NCBI GenBank assembly: GCA_977862235.1
Contig: OZ374560.1
Coordinates: 1,736,001 to 1,800,000 of the forward strand
Reading direction: 5' to 3'
Length of the DNA: 64,000 nucleotides
From: Dudresnaya verticillata
Taxonomy: Eukaryota
The stretch's first letter is position 1; each line of letters begins with the position of its first letter. This document shows positions 48,997-58,500 of this stretch, piece by piece. The notes under the pieces are model-generated. The model was not told the origin of the DNA, ran no database searches, and was given only the letters and a program-made list of their open reading frames with translations. The position numbers and the translations under genes are program-made.

Positions 48997-50233
48997 TATT
49001 CTTGCATGTCATTTGGTCCCGGTCGAACGGGGGGGTAGGTGGGGGCGGCATGTTCAGGTACCGGCGGTTGCGGGGCACTGGGTTGGTTTGCTGGGAAAGC
49101 GGGGGCGCAGTATTCCGCTCGGCAGGCGACTGTTCTGCGCTTCCGGGAGAGTGTACCGTCTGTGCGTCGTGGCCGTGTTCCGTGGCAGCCTCCCAGTGGA
49201 ACTCGTGGATGGTTGTGGGGGGTCGGGCGCGGCTGTGGATCCCTAATGCCCGCGGTAATCCGTCGTGGTGCACGCGACGTTGAATGAGTGCACGGATCTC
49301 CGAATGGACCGCTGCGAGCGTGCGAAGCCGATGCTGGTACCACTGCGCTGTCGGGCGGTGCGGCGTAAGTTTTCCATTGCGCCACCATCGCGTGCCGACG
49401 GCCAGCAGGTGTTCCTGTTGTGGGATGTCAGCGGGAGGGCGCAAGGGATCAAAGTCTGCGGGTACTGAGGTCATGAAGCGTTCCAGTCTGGAGGTAATCA
49501 TGTTGCGCATGTCCTCCTCGAAGACTACTTCCACGATGTAGGGGGAGCATGATGTGTGGTAGGAGATTCCTCTTATCGCTCGGCGGTTCGCGTTCATGAC
49601 GTCTTGCAGGATGCACCGGTGAAGCTCTCCGACCAGGACCCATTTAGAGTACGAGAAGTAAGCGACGGTTAATGCGCTCGTCGGTTCGTACTGAGAAAGG
49701 GCTGGGCGGCGGTCATCCGCGTATCGTTTGTGCAGGTCCTCCATCGTGCATGGCCTGGGGTCTTCGCGGCTCACCGGTATCGGTGGTTTGGCGGCGGCAT
49801 CTAGGAAGGGAGTACGTGAGTTCATGATGGGTTCGGAGCCAGGTGAGGAAGCTATCCCTTCGTTCCTTGGGGGTGTAGCTTCTGCAGGGGCGCTTGCGCG
49901 CACTTCGCCTGTGCTTGCACGTTGGTGGAGCAAATCGGCGAGTCTTTTGGTTTGTTCTTCCGCTAGTTCCCGTGCTAGACGTTGACTCTCTTCGGCGCGG
50001 ACATCAATGTGTGATGTTAACTTTGAGCGCGTGTCCGCCATGTTGCGCTCGATCTCGGCCATCCGAGCGCTGTGGGTCGCGCTGATCTCTTCCACGCGGA
50101 GTTGCGTCTGCTTGAGTCCATTTCCCTGCTCCCGTAATATGTCGTCGATGCGTTGTAGGAGTCCTTCTGCCAGTAGCGAGGAGGGCCGAGCTGATCCACG
50201 GGTCGGTTTGGTGAGCGTCTGTGGCTTGGCCAT
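48686..50233 (-). CDS. LINE ORF1 (coiled-coil N-terminus); native stop probably at 48996 with a late frameshift
   Basis: 515-aa frame homologous to the ORF1 remnants at 570-1790; a TAATG stop-start lies at 48998-48994 in a neighbouring frame. Confidence 0.8.
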   Translation of the reverse strand: MAKPQTLTKPTRGSARPSSLLAEGLLQRIDDILREQGNGLKQTQLRVEEISATHSARMAEIERNMADTRSKLTSHIDVRAEESQRLARELAEEQTKRLADLLHQRASTGEVRASAPAEATPPRNEGIASSPGSEPIMNSRTPFLDAAAKPPIPVSREDPRPCTMEDLHKRYADDRRPALSQYEPTSALTVAYFSYSKWVLVGELHRCILQDVMNANRRAIRGISYHTSCSPYIVEVVFEEDMRNMITSRLERFMTSVPADFDPLRPPADIPQQEHLLAVGTRWWRNGKLTPHRPTAQWYQHRLRTLAAVHSEIRALIQRRVHHDGLPRALGIHSRARPPTTIHEFHWEAATEHGHDAQTVHSPGSAEQSPAERNTAPPLSQQTNPVPRNRRYLNMPPPPTPPFDRDQMTCKNNVDRDMERRRPTTHRTRCYGSHLDNRPSSPGPHGNSPPPRAKTHSHRLPLLSPRRAPERPAHGSGATQSTSTPLAEHGRDTRFNRSHRVTHPSTRHCASTLRV

Positions 50234-50519
50234 GTTGAGAGCAGTTTCACGGAGGGCGTTGGCGATGTGAAGTATGCGTAGTGAGATCGCACCACCGAAA
50301 TAATGTGTAATGTGCTAATTGCTAAACCGGGGAGCACACAAGGCTTTTGGACTTTTTTTAACGGAAGTGTATCGTTTACAGGCATAGCACCCATCCGCCC
50401 AAAACTGAGCCACGTTAAGTGGCCTGCAAGACTGCAGATCACTGCATACCTATTGTGGATATTCCTCAACAGATCTGCGAGTACATCTTAGCACTTCTCA
50501 CTATCTTTCGCATGCGCAT

Positions 50520-52464
50520 ATATGGCCGGTAGACGGAATCCCCACGCAGAACAAAGCGACAGTCAAAACCTTCCGGCCTCCCCCTCTGCGTTAGCAGAGG
50601 CCACGGGAGACGGCGTCGGGGCCGTCGACGGCCCCATGCCAGCAGAATCGCGCGGCACAAAGGGTGCCGCCGCTGTGGGGACCTTCCCCGACCCGGAGGG
50701 CGTGGGCGACCTCGACCGACTCAGGTCGAGCACCCTGACCACCGTCGGCACCGCGGAGCGCGAAGGCTGCTCCGCGGGTTCCCTTCCTCGCGTCGACGCG
50801 GGTTGAGTGCTCGTGTGAGCCGTAGGCCCTGCGCGAGGCGGGCCAGTCGGCTGAAAGACCCGAGCCGCCGCTACTGGGCGCGGGGCGGCAGAGGCCGCCC
50901 CACTCGGGTCCGTCACTCTCTTGCCCTGCGCCGCAGCAAGGGCCACCGCCTCTGACCAGACGTCAGCGGCGGGCGTTGGGTTGGGGTTGGCGTCGACGCC
51001 ACCCGCCCCGGCGGAAGAAGCCGGCGCAGGAGCGGGCCCGGCCTTGCCCAGCGCACCCGTCGATGGGGGCGCTTCTTCTGACGCAACCGTCGAAGGTTGC
51101 GCCTCTTCTGCAGCGACCGTCGAAGGTCGCTCTGCGGTTGGCGCGGTCGTCGAAGGCCGCGCCTCCCCGCCAGCCGGCGCCCTTGGCACCGGCTCGGCAG
51201 GTCCACCCCCTACGACTGACTCAGTCGAGGAGGTGGGCTTGGTAACCGGCGCCCCCTCGGCGGGGGCGCCGTCCGCGATCGGTTCGCGTGACTCCATCGC
51301 CGCGTCGACGCTGGCGATGGGGGAGGAAGTTGAGAGCGTCGAAAGCTTGGAGCGTATGGCACTGGTCGACAGGCGGCTGTACGCGTGGGGGAGGGAGTGT
51401 TGGTGGTCGTGGTGAGCGATGACCAGACCACCCCCCCACCCCTCGGAGCCGCAGAGGCGGCTCCCTAAATAGCCCGTCGCGGCTCAGCGCGGGCACACCC
51501 GACGTGGCATCGACGCCCGTCACCGACGGACGCCCGGGAGCCCGCTGGCCAATCCCGGGCGCCTTCTTGGCCACCCCACAGCGTGCGCGTTGTAACGGTC
51601 GCGACCGAGGCGTTCGCGCTTGAGGGGGGGTTGTGTGGCATAGCTGTAAGACCAGCTGTACCACGCACGCACAGCTGTAAGACCAGCTGCGCCACGTGTG
51701 CACTGCTGTGCGCACGCTGTCAGCCGGTGGCGCCGAAGCCCCGCTGAACTGTAAGGGAGTGCGCAGTGGCGCCCACGTGTGCACGCGTTCGCGTGTGACA
51801 CTGAAACTCCCATGTAATTTCTACGTTTATTGTTTTGTAGTGTACAGCACCGTCTAGTGTAAGCGGCGGTCGAACGCCCTGCTGTCCTGCGCGCTGTGCG
51901 CACGCACTCCGGCGCAGAGCCGTTGAGTGCGTGACACGCGCGCGCGCACTCCGGCGTCGAGCCGTTGAGTACGTGTGGACCGTTCCGCCTACGCGCGCCC
52001 CCGGGTTACCGTTACCCGTACGCGTCGACGCGTGTTGGGGCGCGCCGGCGCACCTCCCGGGTTGGTTCCGCCGCAGGCCCTGTAGTATATCTAGTAGTCG
52101 CCCCTCTGGGCTTCAGTAAACGAGGCAAGCCAGCCTACGCCAGGCTTGCCCTTTCTGCTTTGGGTTTCTTTCCCAGTCCTTCGCCCTACGGCTTCCCTCT
52201 TTCCCTAGCCGTCTAGGCTTTCCGTTTCCTTTCCCTACCGTCGGCTTCGTGCCACCCCACGATGGGGACGCAGGGATCCGGCCGCTGCCGCCCGCGTACG
52301 GTACGCCCCGTGCGCGCTCAGGCTTCGACGCCGTTGATCCGCGACCGTCGACGGCGCGCGCGGCCGACACCACCGCTCTACCACCACAGCTACCACCATT
52401 CGACGGGTCTGGGTGCGACTGATCGACCAGCGCAGCTAGACGTCAGTTCGACCTCTATGCCACA
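50520..52464 (+). mobile_element. Gypsy-like family C 3' fragment: internal region, PPT (51622-51630) and LTR (51634-52464)
   Basis: GAGGGGGGG-TTG precedes TGTGGCATAG; the LTR ends CTATGCCACA (perfect 10-bp inverted termini). Confidence 0.85.
50563..51297 (-). CDS. Ala/Pro-rich antisense ORF (N-terminal part) of LTR family C, function unknown
   Basis: 244-aa ATG-started frame antisense to the PPT/LTR, with repeated RPSTVA-like units; GC-rich, so it could be open by chance. Confidence 0.45.
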   Translation of the reverse strand: MESREPIADGAPAEGAPVTKPTSSTESVVGGGPAEPVPRAPAGGEARPSTTAPTAERPSTVAAEEAQPSTVASEEAPPSTGALGKAGPAPAPASSAGAGGVDANPNPTPAADVWSEAVALAAAQGKRVTDPSGAASAAPRPVAAARVFQPTGPPRAGPTAHTSTQPASTRGREPAEQPSRSAVPTVVRVLDLSRSRSPTPSGSGKVPTAAAPFVPRDSAGMGPSTAPTPSPVASANAEGEAGRF

Positions 52465-54614
52465 CTCCGATAGGCTCCGAGGCCATTCCTTACAATGCGA
52501 GACTTCCCCTCGTCTCCGTGGATATTCGTTGTACCACACCTGTGCCACCTTACGACCAACTTCTGACCTGACTAAGTAAGAATATTTTGAAAGGGGTTCT
52601 TCAACTTATTGCGGTCCCAGCCAAGGTGACGTAAGTTCCCGGCCCTTTACCATAGAAATCCGCGGCTTATAGACCATTATACGATCTCCATTTTCAAAAG
52701 TAACATCGGTAACGAGTTTGTTATTCTGCTCAGCTGCCTTCATTCTTGAATCTCCCCCCTTTCGTAACAATTCCAGATGTAATACCTTCAATCGAACTGC
52801 CAGTTCTTCCGAAGACTCAGGCTCTTCATCCAACGCCATTCGTTTGCCTGCTTTTTGCATCAAAATGACCCACGCCAAACACTGCCTTGTATGGAGTTAT
52901 ACATGTTGCTGAATTGACACTGCAGTTGTATCGGAAACATGCCATGGCCACATTCCTGTGCCAATCGTGCTCATCTGGAGCGATAAACTCTGGTATAGAC
53001 GCTGTGCGCAAAACAACTCTATTAGGCTACGAGGCCATTCGTTAGGCTCCGAGGACATTCCTTACAGTGCGAGGTGTGGTATAACGAAGTCCACGGAGAC
53101 CCGGGGAAGCTGAGTATGGCCGAGAAGAGCTCCGAGGCATTCCGATACGCGACGTTCCCGAAGACACTCAAGCAAATCCGTTCGTTCCTCGGCGCGTGTA
53201 ACGTATACCGAAGATTCGTGAAAGACTTCGCGAAAATTGCGCGACCGTTGACGGACATGACACGAAAGGACGCGGGTCCTGACTACGAGAATCCCACGGA
53301 GTATCAGATTACCGCATTCGAAACGCTCAAACGGAAGCTCGTGTCACCGCCGATGCTCCGCTTACCGCAACTCGGGAAACATTACAACATCGATAAGGAC
53401 GCGTCTGCGTATCAACAGGGCCTTGACGCTGGGCTCGATCCCTTGGGTAGCGCATATCGCCTTGACGAAGGTCTCGGTTTACGCGATTGTCTCGCGATCC
53501 TCGGGAGTCTTGTCCACGGTGATCTCGATTGTCAACGGACGCGAACGAATTCCCTCTTGCGGCCCCGCGATTCACGCAGTTTCCGCGCATACGGTCTCGT
53601 CTCGAGTTGATAGAGATAGTTCTGATACGCGCAGTAGAGTTGTTGCTCCTTCTTGAGATACGGACACGAATACATCAGGTGACCGATTTCGCCATTTCGT
53701 TAGGCTACGAGGCCACACGTTAGGCTCCGAGGTCATTCCTTACAGTGCAAGACTTCCCCGCGTCACCGTGGACTTCGTTATACCTCAATCCGTGCAAGGC
53801 CCCGGTGCCCAATCTACGTTACCGAAAAACACGTATCCGATTCAGTCCCCGCACCCTTTATCGCATCAGGCAACAGATGAATACGAAAACCCCCGTATCA
53901 ACCCCGCAGTATTCCCCACGGTGTCAACGTATTCGTGAGCGGAATGGAGAAATCGAGCGATTGATCACCGGGGATGACTCCGGGTGCGCGGGGTTATCGA
54001 AAGCGAGGCACGACCGTATCCGCGGTCACGAAGACGAAGACACCGAACTCGAAGAAACAGGCGTTTACCGAAGAGTCCGAGGTCCGGGCGCTAGTCACTT
54101 ACCGGAAACCCTCGGAGGTTGTGCCAGACGACTGGCTAAGTAGTACTACGTGAGCACGAATACACGTCAACGCGGGAGACGGTTCGTACTCGAATGATTC
54201 GTAACGGCCTCGGTGCCAACGAACTGTCTCTCACGTATGGTGGCGGTTACGAAGTGCGCCAGCGATGCATACGGAGGTGCACGCGCGTCGTGGGCCTCGG
54301 TGCCGTTACGCGCGGGAAACAACGAGAAGATCACGAGGGTGTCAGCGATTTTGTAGCAGGTGCGCACTGTAATGCGAATGCCGTCGTGGCGCGCGCGATC
54401 ACGAAGTCAGCTCGGAATCCGTCCGGAGGTGTCAACGATTTCGTATCGCGTGCGCACTGTAATGCGAATGCCATCGTGGCGCGCGCACAGTATGCGCACT
54501 GTAATACGTTTGCCATCGTGGCGTGCGCATTCACGGAGTGACTTCGAAATTCGTATTTCTCGATTATTTTCACGTAGACCACGGAGTCGTTTTGCGCACA
54601 GCATCTATACCACA
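52465..54614. mobile_element. Scrambled mosaic of family B LTR pieces and Gypsy gag/pol fragments
   Basis: LTR end (52470-52538,+); integrase tail (52606-52990,-; TPYKAVFG, SPWLGP); deleted LTR (52989-53073,+); LTR end inverted (53075-53110); RT-RH piece (53110-53420,+; IRSFLGACNVYRRFV); RD-rich piece (-); LTR end (53700-53789,+); LTR (53915-54614,-). Confidence 0.8.
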
Positions 54615-55584
54615 TTATAAAACAGAAGCGAATATTTGATGAGGACGTGAGTAAATTGAGCAGAATGAGCCTTTCCGAAACATTCTGTGTTTTACTTGTG
54701 TCGGTACTGATCTTCACAACATTAAGAGCTTTCATTCTATCAAACCGTACCGAATACTACCGAACGGTAGAGCTTCTCAAACCTTTCTAGAGGCTTGTGG
54801 CATTCGCATATTGGTGGTCCGAGCAAGAAATGGATGGGTTTACGGCCTAAGATGCAGTCCGTGGTAACAATGTGACTTGTATATCGGAGTTGAGAGTACT
54901 CTCCAATTGGTGGGTGGAAAGGACCGAAAAGCTCTGTACAGAGTTTTAAGAGAAGAGGAAATTGTTGGATAAACCGAACCCCCAGCGTCTAATTGAACTG
55001 TATGAGCAGTCCAACTCTGCCTTCGGAAATGTTAGAGAGTGAATGGAGTTGGCATTTGACTGTGCACCAACCTCTGAACCGATGTCTTCAAAGAAGCAAT
55101 CAGCACAATTCCCACCTTTCGGCGGTAGATCATTGTGTGGGGAACGATTGGTAAGGAAGACTAGCAGTACTGCTAGCACATTCTCGTTCTCCTGAAGAAG
55201 AAATCCGAAAGAAATGTTTCATACGAAGACTTCTGCTCGGAGAAGAAATACATTTGGTCGCCGGGAAGAAGGAATCCGACCTTCTGGCAAGAGTAGATGC
55301 CGCAATGAGTGGTCAAATTGACCGCACACTAGAAAAGAAGATACTGAATAAAGGAAGAGCTAGAAGCTTTTCCTACATAATTCATCGAAATAGATATGTA
55401 GACGTCGTAATACAGCGCAGGATGGAGCCCGAGTTCTTTGCCTTCCGGAGAGGGATGTAGAAGACAAGAAGACGCCCTTACATCAACCTGGAAAGGCCCG
55501 AATGCATTCTATCGTTCCACCCAACGACTCAGTCGAGGAGATAGTACTATACCTCAACTGTATATGTTGGGAAAAAGAGTTTGG

Positions 55585-58500
55585 TGTGATAAAACGAAAT
55601 CCACGGTGACGTGGGGACGTCTCGCACTGTAATGAATGGCCTCAGAGCCTAAAGTGTGGCCTCGTAGCCTAACGGAGAAAAGAAGAGGGGAGGTAGCGTG
55701 GTAGAGCGGAGCGACTAACACGAAGGACCACGGTGTCAACGTATTCGTGTGCGGAAGGGAGAACTAGAGCGATCGATCACCGGGGATGACTCCGGGTGCG
55801 CGGGGTTATCGAAAGCGAGGCTGGACCGTATCCGCGGTCACGAAGACGAAGACACCGAACTCGAAGAAACAGGCGTTTACCGAAGACTCCGAGGTCCAGA
55901 CTCTAATCGCTTACCGGAAACCCTCGGAGGTTGTGCCAGACGACTGGCTAAATAATACTACGTGAGCACGATTACACGTCAACGCGGGAGACGGTTCGTA
56001 CTCGAATGATTCGTAAACGGCCTCGGTGCCAACGAACGGTCGTCTCACGTATGGTGGCGGTTACGAAGTGCGCCAGCGATGCATACGGAGGTGCACGCGC
56101 GTCGTGGGCCTCGGTGCCGTTACGCGCGGGAAACAACGGGAAGATCACGAAGGTGTCAGCGATTTTGTAGCAGGTGCGCACTGTAATGCGAATGCCATCG
56201 TGGCGCGCGCGATCACGAAGTCAGCTCGGAATCCGTCCGGAGGTGTCAGCGATTTCGTATCGCGTGCGCACTGTAATGCGAATGCCATCGTGGCGCGCGC
56301 ACAGTATGCGCACTGTAATACGTTTGCCATCGTGGCGTGCGCATTCACGGAGTGACTTCGAAATTCGTATTTCTCGATTATTTTCACGTAGACCACGGAG
56401 TCATTTTGCGAACAGCGTCTATACCACACGGCCCCCTCCTCAAGAGCGAACGTTCCGGTCGCGGGTTACGAATCACGAATTGGGGTGGCCCGGTTTCCGT
56501 CGCTGGTGCGCGGATGGAGCCATCCGAGTGGCGGCGCGGAGATTGCTTCGAGCTCACGTCGTCGCGCAGCGGTGCCTCGGGGCTTACGAATTTGAATTCA
56601 GATCACGTGTGCGATGGCGCCTTCGAAATGGCTAATCACGAAGATGTTTCGCGGACGTATAACGGGTTAGGGATTCGGCGCCGTCCGTCGACGCGTGCGC
56701 GCGCGGATCACGGAGACGGGGCGAGAGCCGCGTGGGTTATTTCAACTTCGTGTTGCGCTGGGTCCGAGCCCCTTGCTTCTCCGTTCATCGCGCTCACACA
56801 CAACTCGCTTCAGCTCCATGGCTTTCGGTTCTTTTTGCGTCTTCCGTCGGCTCCTTCGTGTGCGCTGTTTCGTCCGTGCGCATCTCTTCTCGCATCGTTC
56901 GCTCCGCTCCGTGGCGTTCGTATTGTTGCTTCGTTGGCCTCGATGGTTTGCGGTGGTCGGTTGTGGGTTGCTGGTCTCGGTGTTGGGGCAAGTGTTGCGC
57001 GTCCTCCGTGGGTTGCGTCAGGGTTAAATTCATATCACGGATCCTGCCATGGTGGACAAGGGTCACGAGAAGGGAACCGAGTCCCACGAAGAGCGCGTCG
57101 ATGCGACTCGTCGTCGCCTCGAGGGTGAGCTCGCTGCAGCCGCGGAACGTGAGGCCTATGAGCTCACGCGGAATGTTGCGGTGCCTCCGGGGGCTTCGGG
57201 TCCTTCATCGAATGTCGCTGGTCCTGCGGTTGACTCCAGGGAATACGTGCCACGGACTCTCGCGATTCCGCACGTGGTCGAAATCGGGCTTCGGGGGCTT
57301 CGTGTGCGGCGGACCTCGGTAGTCCGTACGTAGGTTCGGCGGTTCGAATCCGCAATTCGTGAATCGGGGTTGGCAGCCGAGTGCTTCGTTGGGCCCTCCG
57401 AAATTCAGGTCCTCCGAAATTCGGGGCAAAGGATGAGAGTGCTCCGGGGCTTCCGTCTGCGCAGTTTTACTTCGCGTGGGATGCGTTCGCGATCTCCGGA
57501 GTTCCTCACGAAGAGGTTGCTCCCTACGATGGCGGTGTTCGTCCGGATATCGCTCGCTTTCGTGCGCTTTGCGAGGGTCGCGATGATAACGGAGCCGGTG
57601 CCTTTCACATATTCTGGCCCCGTGTCCCCGTGCATCCGACTCCGATGGGCCTTCCGTGTGACGTCTCCTGCGTGACCTCGGTCGACGAGGTTGCGTATGT
57701 AGATGCGTGTGCGCGTATGCTCCTGGCACCGGGTGCGGGCATCCCCGTGGATTCTCCGGTGGTTGCGGTTGCTCGCTTTCGTGATTACCCGGAGTTCGAG
57801 TCCGCCGCGGGAAACGTATGGCGCCACGTAGACTCGATTTCTGGCATCCTCGGAGTGCAAATCGGTGCCGGAGACTGGGCGCTATTTCGTGACACGGGCT
57901 CGATGCCCGATCGCGTGGATACGAATTCGCGTCTCGAAGACCGCGTGCCTCTGGGAATGTTTCGGAGTTCGTTCTGGCTCGATACCTTGTGTATTCGGGC
58001 CCCCCCGGGCTTGGTCGTGCCACCTCCGAGGGTTATTCGTTACTTCGGGCTCGTTTTCGACCTGTTTGCGGAACATAAAAAGAAGTGCTTCGCGCGGTTT
58101 CGGGATTCCGAATATCGCTTCGAGCTTGGTCGCGCGTTGATTTCGGATTTCACGCAGCGTCAATACGTATGGGTGCTCGATGCTTCGTTGCGTAGTTTCG
58201 TTCGTGGTCGTTGGTCGAAGTTGTTTTCCGAGGATGGTGGGTATCAGGATCTTTCGCTCCGAGGCTCGGATCCCACGATGCCGATCACGAAGATACTCGC
58301 GATTGCCATCGAGGCTTCGGATCGGAGGGATCTCCAGTCGACTCTTCGCGAATTTCCGACGGGACAGTGGTCCCAAGTGGTCGGTGACGACGTGGCCTCC
58401 GGGGCCTGGTTCGATTGGCGCCACAACCGTTCTTCACGAGGGCGGCGCGGTCCGCGATTTGATCCGTTTTCGCATCCGAGTGCCGCGGTTCGTGGCATCG

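Larger units (their letters stand above)
45820..50520 (-). mobile_element. Near full-length LINE (ORF1 + APE/RT ORF2), same family as 536-4308; ends approximate
   Basis: ORF1, APE and RT in order; A/C-rich tail AAACAACAAATAAAATACAACAAC on the minus strand at ~45820-45844. Confidence 0.9.

Noticed and set aside
50250..50520. HDV-like ribozyme at the LINE 5' end
   Set aside because: Only a simple hairpin (GCCAC-TTAAC-GTGGC) is seen; the nested double-pseudoknot elements could not be identified
54615..55584. Possible retroelement coding remnant between two family B LTRs
   Set aside because: No convincing motif; no TSD, PBS or PPT links the flanking LTRs into one element
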